The position numbers and the translations under genes are program-made. From Myxococcales bacterium (lineage in GTDB: Bacteria > Myxococcota_A > Polyangia > Polyangiales > DASUME01): DNA of 64,000 bases. The DNA lies in the NCBI GenBank assembly GCA_047601445.1, contig JASGJH010000001.1:4128001-4192000 (forward strand). The letters run 5' to 3'. This document shows, piece by piece, positions 1-8,480 of this stretch (within the stretch, counting starts at the first letter, position 1; each line of letters opens with the position of its first letter). The notes beneath the pieces were generated by a model. That model saw only the letters and a program-made list of their open reading frames with translations. It did no database searches and had not been told where the DNA came from.

Positions 1-158
1 TTGAGCGCGAACCGACGCTTGGTCCGCACGTGCTCGGCCACGAACACCAGACTGGAGCCACCCTGGCCGATCAAGGAGATCAAGCGATAGCGCTCCGAGA
101 GCACCCGACCGAGCAGCGCGGACACGGACACATCTCCGACCGTCGCCTCGCCAGTCAT
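1..158 (-). CDS. Ser/Thr protein kinase, N-terminal part (runs off window start)
   Basis: Manual translation from ATG at 158: MTGEATVGDVSVSALLGRVLSERYRLISLIGQGGSSLVFVAEHVRTKRRFAL(K). Contains the Gly-rich loop and ALK of Hanks kinases. The ATG overlaps the TGA of the upstream gene (ATGA). Not in the ORF track. Confidence 0.85.
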   Translation of the reverse strand, partial: MTGEATVGDVSVSALLGRVLSERYRLISLIGQGGSSLVFVAEHVRTKRRFAL

Positions 159-961
159 GGGCCGACCGAAGCTCGCGCAGGCGGTCGTTCGCCGAGGCGC
201 TCTCGGCAACGCGCTTCCAGCTCACGTACGCGCCCGCTCCAGTCGCGCGCGTCCAGCGCCTGGGGTAGCCAACTCGGAGCCTGAAGCTCTCCCGCCGGGA
301 CGACCAGGCCGAGCCAGTCACCGAGTCGCAACAGCTGATCTCCCCGCAACACGACCCCTTCACGAACGCGCTCCCCGTCGACATGGGTGCCGTTGGTGCT
401 GCCGAGATCGCGCAACACCAGGACAGGACCACGCAACGAGATCTCGGCGTGGACGCGAGAGACCTTCTCGTAGGGCAGCGACAACTCGCAGTCCGCCCCG
501 CGCCCGAGGCGTGTGAGCCCTGTGATCGCGAGCGAGGGACCCGCCGGCGGCCACAGCGTGATGATGCCGAGCGAATCGGCGCGCTCGAAGTCCGTTGGCA
601 GGGAGATCGCCGTGGTCGCGTCAGGCGTCACCGCCGCCGCCTGCAGCGGAGTCTCGAGCTTGGTCAACGGCGCCGTGAACTGATAGCCCCGGCCGTGCAA
701 GGTCCTCACGGCGTCCGCCCCGTCTTCGCCGAGAGAACGTCGCAGATCTTTGATCAGTCCGGGCAAGGAAGCGGGGCCGACCTGGAGTTCGCCCCAGAGC
801 GCTCGCTGCAGCTCCTCCTTGGCCACGTAGCGCTCCGAGCGGGACACGAGGTAGAGCAAGAGGTCCATCACCTTGGGCGCCAGGTGAACCTGCTCTCCGC
901 CGCGCGTGAGCCGTCGCGCCGAGACATCCAATACGTGATTCGAGAAAGCCCACTGGGTCAT
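155..961 (-). CDS. Winged-helix (OmpR/CadC-type Trans_reg_C) + FHA domain transcriptional regulator
   Basis: N-terminal wHTH (LAPKVMDLLLYL...ALW...IKDLRRSLG...RTLHGRGYQF). FHA motifs GR, SRVHA, DLGSTNGT. Confidence 0.9.
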   Translation of the reverse strand: MTQWAFSNHVLDVSARRLTRGGEQVHLAPKVMDLLLYLVSRSERYVAKEELQRALWGELQVGPASLPGLIKDLRRSLGEDGADAVRTLHGRGYQFTAPLTKLETPLQAAAVTPDATTAISLPTDFERADSLGIITLWPPAGPSLAITGLTRLGRGADCELSLPYEKVSRVHAEISLRGPVLVLRDLGSTNGTHVDGERVREGVVLRGDQLLRLGDWLGLVVPAGELQAPSWLPQALDARDWSGRVRELEARCRERLGERPPARASVGP

Positions 962-1057
962 GTCACTGCGCCCCGACGAGGAGCTCGCTTGCTAACACGG
1001 GACAGCGCGCCTTGACAACGGATGCCCAGCTTGCGAGTCAGCCATCGCTCTCAAAAA

Positions 1058-1079
1058 TCTCCTGAAAGTCTCATGACAT
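1058..1079 (+). promoter_or_regulatory. 11-bp-period direct repeat, putative wHTH regulator operator
   Basis: TCTCCTGAAAG TCTCATGACAT in the AT-richer divergent intergenic region; similar to the repeat at 2604-2630. Confidence 0.55.
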
Positions 1080-1203
1080 TCCGAGCAGAAACGTGCGTCC
1101 CTCTGAAAACCGGCTTTGGTATCGGCTGTTTGGCTTGACAGCCGCCAGCGACAAGGGGCATAGGCGCTTTGAATCCTCCAGCACAACAAGTTGAGGCCTC
1201 CCC

Positions 1204-1879
1204 ATGAGCGTAGGTTGCTCGCACGTCGTGCTTGGCTCCGCCCTTTCCGTGTTCTTGTGCGGCGCCTGCGAACCGGCCGACGGTCTTGCCAGCGCGGACG
1301 CCGGCACACACGACGCCGACGCCGCGGCTTTCCCGCACCGGGACGCGGGCGCGGTGACCCTGTGGCCCCAAGAAGAGGAAGTCGATGCGCAAGCGCCGGG
1401 CCCGTGCGACTTCAGTTGTGGCTCACTGGCCCAGAAGGTGGACGTCCAGGGGACCTCTCCGTGGGGCGAGGTGGTGATCGATCAGAATCGGGGCTGGCTA
1501 CGTGACAGGGTTCACCAACCTGACGTACCTGTACCTGGAGGGAACCGTAGACGGCCAACCATTGCTGGTCACGCTCCTCCCTTACACCGACGATGTCGAG
1601 GACTTCGCGATCGGCCCGGGAACCTATACGGGCGGGGGCACCTACGTGGGGGCAAACGGCCGCGCTGTGCGCAGAAGCGGTAGCGATCAATGCGACGAGA
1701 CAACGCTCGATGAGGTCAAAGTCGTGGTGACCAAGCACGCCTACACCGCGGGCGACGATGGCTTCCAGACGGGAGATGTCGTCATGTTTCAGGGCAGCGT
1801 GGCGGTGCACGGCGGAGGATGGTCGCTCGAGCTGCCCTTTGACATCACCACCGCGTGCGTGGTTTCCGTCGACCTCTGA
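1204..1879 (+). pseudogene. Frameshifted putative lipoprotein (pseudogene or sequencing indel)
   Basis: The frame from 1204 has a lipoprotein-like signal (LSVFLCGAC). Removing one A at 1486-1487 joins it to the 1502..1879 frame (..VVIDQIGAGYVTGFTNL..). Confidence 0.6.
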
Positions 1880-1902
1880 GCGCTCGTTGCGAGGTAGAGG
1901 CT

Positions 1903-2622
1903 ATGTCCGCCATCGTGATCCGTGACTATCGGCCAGAAGACCGGGCGGCGGTCCGCCGCATCTCCTTCGAGACTGGGATGCAGGGGCAATCCATCGCCCC
2001 CCAGTACGGCGACCTGGAGAGCTGGGCGGACATGTTCACCGGCTATTACACGGACCGTGAGCCCGAGAACGGCATCGTGGCGGAACTCGATGGTGAAGTG
2101 GTGGGCTACATGCTTTCGGCGCTCGACGAGCGGAGAGCCACCAATCCCATGCTCTATGCGCTCAAGCACGCCCTGCTGCGCGGTGCCTGCTTTCGACCCG
2201 ACACGGTGCGCTTCTACCTGCGCAGCGTGGTGGATACCTTCCGCGACCTCCTGGGGCCTCGCGCACCCAAGGTGGACTACGACCTGTACCCCTCGGGTCC
2301 CCACGTGAACCTGCTGCCGGCCGCGCGCCGCGCGGGCGTGGCCAAGGAGATGTTCTATCAGGTGTTCGATCGCGTCGTCGCGCGCGGCTCGACGGGAGCA
2401 CACGGACTGGTGCAGGCATCGAACCAAGCCATCATCGACCTCGCCACCAAGAAGCTCGGCTTTCAAATGGTCGGTGAGCCGTTCTTCGTTCCGGGCTTGC
2501 GCGGCGCGAACGGCGAACGCGTGGCGATCCGCATCTTGGGCCGACGACTCACCGATTGGAAGATCGGCGCCTGGAAGCAAGCCGACGCGCAGCCGAGTGG
2601 CACCATCATGAAAAGCTCATGA
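1903..2622 (+). CDS. GNAT family N-acyltransferase
   Basis: IRDYRPEDRAAV start, VAELDGEVVGY, HVNLLPAARRAGVA (acyl-CoA binding R/QxxGxA), N...KLGF. ATG at 1903 preceded by GAGG. Confidence 0.85.
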   Translation: MSAIVIRDYRPEDRAAVRRISFETGMQGQSIAPQYGDLESWADMFTGYYTDREPENGIVAELDGEVVGYMLSALDERRATNPMLYALKHALLRGACFRPDTVRFYLRSVVDTFRDLLGPRAPKVDYDLYPSGPHVNLLPAARRAGVAKEMFYQVFDRVVARGSTGAHGLVQASNQAIIDLATKKLGFQMVGEPFFVPGLRGANGERVAIRILGRRLTDWKIGAWKQADAQPSGTIMKSS

Positions 2623-2630
2623 AAATCTCC
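2604..2630 (+). promoter_or_regulatory. 11-bp-period direct repeat upstream of the biosynthetic operon
   Basis: TCATGAAAA at 2606 and at 2617 (exact 9-mer, period 11), about 90 bp before the ATG at 2715. Confidence 0.6.
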
Positions 2631-2714
2631 CGGCCGTTTTGGCAATTATCCCCATGTTTTTGGGGTGGCATGGTTTGACAGTTCCACGCGGAACGACGTA
2701 GTTCTAGGCCCGAC

Positions 2715-3857
2715 ATGGAACCGTCGGTCACGCAGCAGCAGCGCGTCAGAGCGGTGGCGGACTTCGCTCGCAAGCGCCTCTCCCCTGGCGCCAGCGAGCG
2801 TGAGAAGCACGGGCGCTTCGAGCGAAGCCTGTGGGACGAGGCGGCCGCCTTCGGACTCACGGGCTTACCGATCCCAACGCCGTGGGGAGGCAGTGGCCTC
2901 GACGCCGTGGAGACCATGCAGCTCGTGGAGTCCCTCGGCGAAAGCTGTGAGGACGGCGGCTTGGTATTCTCGCTGTGCGCTCACATGTTCGCATCGGCGG
3001 TGCCAATCTGGCGCTCGAACTCTCCGATCCATCAGCAGCGCTACTTGCGCGACCTCGCGAACGGAAAGCTCATTTGCGCCAACGCGGCCTCGGAGCCCGA
3101 CGCGGGGTCCGACGTGTATGCGATGAAGACCACGGCGACGCGCACCAGCTCGGGCTACGTGCTCGAAGGCACCAAGGTCTTCGTCACCAATGCGCCGATC
3201 GCCGACCTGTTCTTGATCTACGCCAGCACGAGTCCCTCGCGCGGGTACCTGGGAATCTCCGCGTTCCTCGTACCTCGCGATACGCCCGGGCTGCAGGTCG
3301 TTCCGGGTCCCACCAAGCACGGGCTAGGTAGCTCGCCCTGGGGCAGCATCTATTTGACCTCCTGCGATGTCCCGGAGGAAGCGCGCGTCGGGGCCGAAGG
3401 TGCCGGAGCGTCCTTCTTTCGTGAGTCGATGGTGTGGGAGCGAGGCTGCCTCTTCGCGTACTACGTCGGTGCCATGCAGCGGACACTCGATCGCTGCGTG
3501 GAGCACGCCCGGACACGCCGCCAGTTTGGCGAGGTGCTCGGGAAGTTCCAGTCGGTCGCCAATCGCATCGTCGACATGAAGCTCCGACTCGAGACCAGCC
3601 GGCTGCTCCTCTACAGGGCAGGCCAGTTGCACCGTGATGGCAAGCCCTGTGACGAGGCCATCGCGATGAGCAAGCTATGGATCTCCGAGTCCGCCGTGCA
3701 GGTCGGCCTGGATGCCGTGCAGATCTTTGGCGCATCCGGCATCACCCAGGAGCTGGGCATCGACGTCCTGCTCCGGGATGCCCTTCCATCGCGGATCTTC
3801 TCCGGGAGTTCGGAGGTCCAGCGCATGATCGTGGCCCGCACCCTGGGGCTGTCATGA
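2715..3857 (+). CDS. Acyl-CoA dehydrogenase family protein, L-prolyl-PCP dehydrogenase (PltE/RedW/PigA-like)
   Basis: ACAD motifs SEPDAGSD, GTKVFVTNA, RRQFG, QIFGASG. SMVWER and RIFSGSSE in place of IYEGT, as in prolyl-PCP oxidases. Adjacent to a Pro adenylation enzyme and PCP. Confidence 0.85.
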   Translation: MEPSVTQQQRVRAVADFARKRLSPGASEREKHGRFERSLWDEAAAFGLTGLPIPTPWGGSGLDAVETMQLVESLGESCEDGGLVFSLCAHMFASAVPIWRSNSPIHQQRYLRDLANGKLICANAASEPDAGSDVYAMKTTATRTSSGYVLEGTKVFVTNAPIADLFLIYASTSPSRGYLGISAFLVPRDTPGLQVVPGPTKHGLGSSPWGSIYLTSCDVPEEARVGAEGAGASFFRESMVWERGCLFAYYVGAMQRTLDRCVEHARTRRQFGEVLGKFQSVANRIVDMKLRLETSRLLLYRAGQLHRDGKPCDEAIAMSKLWISESAVQVGLDAVQIFGASGITQELGIDVLLRDALPSRIFSGSSEVQRMIVARTLGLS

Positions 3858-5482
3858 AGCGCCTCGAAGCGGTCTTGACATCGGCGTGCGCGACGGAGGC
3901 CGAGCTCATCGCCGTGGAGTGGGGCGAAGAGAAGCTGAGCTATCGCGCGCTCGATGAGCTCGCCAACCGCTTCGCGCACTGCCTGCTCGCAGCGGGTGTG
4001 CGAAGCGGCGATCGCGTGGGACTCCACGTTCCCCGTTCCGGTCGTTGCATCGCGGCCATGCTCGCTTGCTTGCGAATCGGCGCGGCCTACGTGCCGCTCG
4101 ATCCCAGCGCCCCCGCCAAGCGCACGCGCTGGATTGCCAGGGATTGCGCCCTGCGTGCGGTGGTCACCGTACCGCGTCTCTTGGGCACCTGGCTGGAAGC
4201 CGGGGAACATCAGCCACACTTGGTTCTAGTTGAGCACGACGGCGCGACCGACGCGGTCCAGCCCGCGGCGCTTGCAAGCCATGTGACGCGCTGGACCGAA
4301 GTGCTCGCCACCAGCGCAGATGCGCTTCCGCCTCGCCCGGGATCTCCCGACGAGCTCGCCTACATTCTCTATACGTCTGGCTCGACCGGCACCCCCAAAG
4401 GTGTGATGCTCTCGCACGAGAATGCCCTGGCGTTCGTCGAGTGGGCTGCAAGCCAGGCAGGGCTCGCGCGCGGCGAACGCGTGGCGAGCGTGGCGCCCTT
4501 TCACTTCGACCTCTCCGTGTTCGACATCTGGGCCACCCTGTCACGAGCGGGAACACTGATCATCATCGACGATGCCAGCGTGATCTCGGGCAACCGTATG
4601 CTCGATGCCATCCACGCGCGTGGGATCCAAGTCTGGTACTCGGTGCCTTCGGCGTTGGTGCTCTTGCTCGCGGGAGGACTCGAGGCACGCGGCGCTCCGT
4701 CGTTGCGCGTCGTGTTCTTCGCGGGCGAGGTGTTCCCCATCGCGGCGCTACGCCGCGTGATGGCCGCCTTGCCGGGGGCCAGGTTCTACAACCTGTTCGG
4801 CCCGACGGAGACCAACGTTTGCACGGCCTACCCGCTGGAAGTCATTCCCGAGGCTGATCTCCTCGCGATTCCGATCGGCCACCCCGCATGCGGCAATACG
4901 TGCAGCGTTCTCGATGACCACGGCTCCCCCCTGCCCCACGGCGAAGTCGGCGAACTCTACGTCGACGGTGCCACCGTGATGCTCGGCTATTGGCAGGACG
5001 GCTCCTGCAAGCCCGCCGAGCGCCCCTACCCCACCGGGGATCTAGTCTCTCAGCGCGCCGATGGCGCTTTCATGTACCACGGTAGACGCGATCATCAGCT
5101 CAAGGTCCATGGATTCCGCGTCGACCCTGCCGAAGTCGAGGCCGCGCTACACGCCCATCCGCTGATCCGCGAAGGCTTGGTCGTCGTGCTCGAGCAGCGG
5201 CTCGTCGCGCTGGTGGTGCCTGCCGACTCGCCGAGCGCGGGGACGCTACCGGACGGCATCTCGGTGATGGATGTCCGGCGGCACTGCGCCGCTCACCTGC
5301 CGCGCCACATGCTGCCAGCCGAGGTTCGATTCGTCAGCGATCTACCGCGGACTAGCACGGGCAAGCTCGATCGTTTGGGCGCGCGAGATGCCGTGGCGCG
5401 AGGCGCCTGGTGCGTCCTTGGGCAGCCCGCAGGGGCTCCACCGCGAACCGAAGTCACAGCACCTGAAGAGGCACGGACATGA
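3854..5482 (+). CDS. Stand-alone amino acid adenylation enzyme, L-proline-activating (PltF/RedM/PigI-like)
   Basis: Core motifs YTSGSTGTPKG, FDLS, NLFGPTE, TGDL, GRRDHQLK, TGKLD. Manually read specificity code DLFYFALVCK fits the DLxYxALVCK pattern of pyrrole-pathway Pro enzymes. ATGA overlap at 3854. Confidence 0.88.
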   Translation: MKRLEAVLTSACATEAELIAVEWGEEKLSYRALDELANRFAHCLLAAGVRSGDRVGLHVPRSGRCIAAMLACLRIGAAYVPLDPSAPAKRTRWIARDCALRAVVTVPRLLGTWLEAGEHQPHLVLVEHDGATDAVQPAALASHVTRWTEVLATSADALPPRPGSPDELAYILYTSGSTGTPKGVMLSHENALAFVEWAASQAGLARGERVASVAPFHFDLSVFDIWATLSRAGTLIIIDDASVISGNRMLDAIHARGIQVWYSVPSALVLLLAGGLEARGAPSLRVVFFAGEVFPIAALRRVMAALPGARFYNLFGPTETNVCTAYPLEVIPEADLLAIPIGHPACGNTCSVLDDHGSPLPHGEVGELYVDGATVMLGYWQDGSCKPAERPYPTGDLVSQRADGAFMYHGRRDHQLKVHGFRVDPAEVEAALHAHPLIREGLVVVLEQRLVALVVPADSPSAGTLPDGISVMDVRRHCAAHLPRHMLPAEVRFVSDLPRTSTGKLDRLGARDAVARGAWCVLGQPAGAPPRTEVTAPEEART

Positions 5483-5748
5483 GGGAAGTCGTCACGCAGG
5501 GCATTCGGGACTACATCGTGAACACCTGGTTAAGCGGCGACCCCCGTGGCTTCCATGACGATACCGACCTGCAGGAGACGGGGATCCTCGATTCGTTCTC
5601 GACCTTGGCGCTCGCCGCCTTCCTCGAAAAGACCTTCTCGACTCAACTCGAGCCCTCCGAGATCAACGGAGACACGTTTCGGAGCGTGCAGACGCTGACG
5701 CAGCTGGTGCTCGAGCGTCGAACCTCTTCCTTGGAGCAACGAACATGA
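5479..5748 (+). CDS. Peptidyl carrier protein (PltL/RedO/PigG-like)
   Basis: 89 aa, GILDSF phosphopantetheine motif, coupled to the adenylation gene. Confidence 0.85.
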   Translation: MREVVTQGIRDYIVNTWLSGDPRGFHDDTDLQETGILDSFSTLALAAFLEKTFSTQLEPSEINGDTFRSVQTLTQLVLERRTSSLEQRT

Positions 5749-6029
5749 GCTTGAATAGTATTGCAGTCGCGCCGACACCTCGTGACGGCCATCCCTCCTG
5801 GGAACCCGAGCTGCGAGAGATGGTCGCTCGCATCGCCGAGGTTCCAGCCACATTCGCGGCCGATGTGGACATGCGGGAAGAGCTCAACATGGACTCCATT
5901 CGCAGTGTCGAGCTCATGTTCGAGATCGAACAGCGCTTCACCCTCCTGGTCCCCGAGGAGCGCTACGCACAAGCGCGGAGCTTCGAAGACCTCTTGTCCC
6001 TGATTCGCTCGCTAAAGCAGGACACCTGA
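5745..6029 (+). CDS. Acyl carrier protein
   Basis: ELNMDSIRSVELMFEIEQRF: FAS/PKS-type ACP helix II with DS motif. Confidence 0.88.
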   Translation: MSLNSIAVAPTPRDGHPSWEPELREMVARIAEVPATFAADVDMREELNMDSIRSVELMFEIEQRFTLLVPEERYAQARSFEDLLSLIRSLKQDT

Positions 6030-6048
6030 GGCAAGGGCATCCGTGGCG

Positions 6049-7284
6049 ATGGCGTCCGTGCGTCGCGTTGCAATCACTGGCTGTGGTGTGGTCAGTGCCG
6101 CCGGTGCCGACCTGCGGTCATTTTGGGACGTGCTCGTGCAGGGCCGCAGCCTGATCCGTCCGCTGCGCGGCTTCGCCATCAAGGACCTGCCGAACTTGTA
6201 CGGTGCCGAGGTGGACTTTCCGGACGAGGGTCTCGGTGCCGACCGGGACAGCCGACGTCGGCGCTGTGCGCGTCTGCTCGGGCTCGCCGCGCGCCATGCC
6301 ACCCGTGACGCCAGGCTGTCCGAGAGCTGGTGCCATGCAGCCCGCATGGGCGTCGCCATGGGGACCACCCTCGGAGAGGAGGAGGAGCTCAATCATCTCC
6401 ATGACCGGGCTGCGGAGGTCGGTGCCCTGACGATCGACGCCACGTTTGCCAGCCGCGCCGACAACACGCGACTCGCGCTCGACGTCGCCCGGGATCACCA
6501 GCTACGGGGCCCCGTGCTGCTCAATGCGACCGCCTGTAGCTCGGGCAATGCAGCGACGGCTTGGGCCTACGATCTCGTGGCCTCGGGCGCCTGCGACGCC
6601 ATGCTCGCCGGCGGCGTGGACACCTTGACGCGGGTCACCTACTCGGGCTTCAGCCGCATGAATGCTCTCTCCAAGAGCGTGTGCAGACCGTTCGACGTGC
6701 GCCGAGATGGCGTCTCGTTTGGCGAGGGCGCCGGGGTCTTGGTGCTCGAGGAGATGGGACACGCCCAGCGGCGGGGAGCCCATGTGTACGCCGAACTGGC
6801 TGGCTACGGCATCGGCAACGATGCACATCACATCACGGCGCCCGAGCCGAACGGACGCGGCATGGCACGCGCGATTCGCGAAGCACTGACCACCACCGCA
6901 ACGTCGGTCGAAGCGATCGACTACGTGAGCGCGCACGGTACGGGCACGCCCTACAACGACGCGGCCGAGGAACGAGCCTTGAGGGCGGTATTCGGGGATC
7001 GCACGACAAGAACACCGGTGAGCTCGATCAAGGCCTCGCTGGGACACACCAACGGCGCAGCGAGTGCCCTGGAGAGCGTCGCGTGCGTGCTGGCGCTCGA
7101 GCACCAGCTGCTCCCACCCACGGCCAACCTCGAGCAGCCTGACCCGGCGTTCGCGCTCGACTTGGTGCGCACGCGCGCACGCGAAGCCCGCGTGAACACG
7201 TGCTTGAACCTCGCGGCCGGCTTCGGTGGCTTCAACGTGTGCCTGGTGCTCAAGAAGGCCCCTCAGGCAAAGGTGCGAGGTTGA
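6049..7284 (+). CDS. Beta-ketoacyl-ACP synthase (type II KS, active)
   Basis: Catalytic triad intact: TACSSG, HGTGT, GHTNG. Also RPFD...GEGAG and GFGG. Confidence 0.92.
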   Translation: MASVRRVAITGCGVVSAAGADLRSFWDVLVQGRSLIRPLRGFAIKDLPNLYGAEVDFPDEGLGADRDSRRRRCARLLGLAARHATRDARLSESWCHAARMGVAMGTTLGEEEELNHLHDRAAEVGALTIDATFASRADNTRLALDVARDHQLRGPVLLNATACSSGNAATAWAYDLVASGACDAMLAGGVDTLTRVTYSGFSRMNALSKSVCRPFDVRRDGVSFGEGAGVLVLEEMGHAQRRGAHVYAELAGYGIGNDAHHITAPEPNGRGMARAIREALTTTATSVEAIDYVSAHGTGTPYNDAAEERALRAVFGDRTTRTPVSSIKASLGHTNGAASALESVACVLALEHQLLPPTANLEQPDPAFALDLVRTRAREARVNTCLNLAAGFGGFNVCLVLKKAPQAKVRG

Positions 7285-8480
7285 TGTTCGACGAAGACGC
7301 GATCGTTATCACGGGTGTCGGCGTGCTCACGCCGCTCGGGAACACGTTCGCCGACGTGGGCGCCGCGTTGCGTCGAGATCACTGCAGCATCCTGCCATGC
7401 GCCCATGATCCCAGCATCGGCGAGTCCCTCATCTCGGACTTCGAGCCAACGCGCTATGCCGAGGTGCGCGGCATGCGCGTGTACAACCGCACCACCCAGC
7501 TCGCGATCTGCGCCGGACGCCGCGCGCTGCAGTCTGCGTACTGGCTCCGAGCCAGTCCTCCGCGCGAGCTCGGCGTCGTCATGGCATCGACATTCGGCCA
7601 TCTGGACACGCTCCTCGAATACGACGGGAGTCTGGCTCGCGCGGGGGTCAGGCGCACGAACCCCGCCCTCATGCCACTCTCGCTCGCCAGTGCCTCCGCG
7701 GCGGCCACCGCCCTGGCGTTGGAGGCCGAGGCCTGCGCCGTAACCTTGGCGGGGGACGCACCGGCGGCCCTCGATGCGTTGGCCCTCGCAGCTCGCTTAC
7801 TCGCGGTGGGTCGTGCGCGTGCATGCGTGGTGGTCGCGGCCTTTTCGCCGCTGCTCGCCCTGACGCAATCGGCCAGAGCGGCCGGTAAGCTCGCCTCGGC
7901 CGAGCAGTTCGTGGTGTTGGATCGATCCCATGCCGGCACCGTGTTCGGCGAAGCCGCGGTGGCCTTCGTGTTGGAACGCGACTCGATCGCCCGTACCAGC
8001 GGTGGTCGGCCCCTCGCTTCCCTACGCGGCCATGCCGCCGCGAATGCGCTCACCTCGGAACAGCGCGCGTCGGAGTTGCAGGCGACCTGCGATCGAGCGT
8101 TGCAACATGCGCGCGTTGCCCCAAGAGAGCTGGCCTTGGTGAGCGCAGGCTCCAACGGCACACCCGCTGGCGATGACGCCGAAGCGTTGGCGCTCAGGGC
8201 GTTGCTCGGCGAGGCCGCTGCGACCACCCCCATGTGCGCAGTCAAGGGCCACTGCGGCGAAGCCATGGAAGCGGGCGGCCTGCTGCAAGTCCTGCTGGCG
8301 CTATCCGTGCTCGAGAGCGGTTTTGCACCCGCGATTCGTCACCTCAAGGAGCCCTGCCGTGAGGGCCTGGGCTTCGTGAGCCGCACGGCTCAGGTCTCGC
8401 CTGGTCCCGTTCTCATCAGCGCGACGTCAGAGGCGGGACCTTGCTCCGCACTGGTCGTGGATCGACCCGTGCTGGTTTGA
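7284..8480 (+). CDS. Ketosynthase-like chain-length factor (inactive KS partner)
   Basis: KS fold (IVITGVGVLTPLG, FGEAAVAFVLE, VKGHCGE) but triad lost: GDAPAA, AGSNGT, GEAME. TGATG-coupled to the KS. Confidence 0.85.
   Translation: MFDEDAIVITGVGVLTPLGNTFADVGAALRRDHCSILPCAHDPSIGESLISDFEPTRYAEVRGMRVYNRTTQLAICAGRRALQSAYWLRASPPRELGVVMASTFGHLDTLLEYDGSLARAGVRRTNPALMPLSLASASAAATALALEAEACAVTLAGDAPAALDALALAARLLAVGRARACVVVAAFSPLLALTQSARAAGKLASAEQFVVLDRSHAGTVFGEAAVAFVLERDSIARTSGGRPLASLRGHAAANALTSEQRASELQATCDRALQHARVAPRELALVSAGSNGTPAGDDAEALALRALLGEAAATTPMCAVKGHCGEAMEAGGLLQVLLALSVLESGFAPAIRHLKEPCREGLGFVSRTAQVSPGPVLISATSEAGPCSALVVDRPVLV

Noticed and set aside
3854..5748. dltA/dltC D-alanylation pair
   Set aside because: The specificity code looks Pro-like, a prolyl dehydrogenase is adjacent, and no DltB-like MBOAT or DltD is present.
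2715..8480. Calling the cluster prodigiosin, pyoluteorin or DKxanthene biosynthesis
   Set aside because: No PigH/RedN aminotransferase-type domain, PigC condensing enzyme, halogenase or modular PKS/NRPS in the window.
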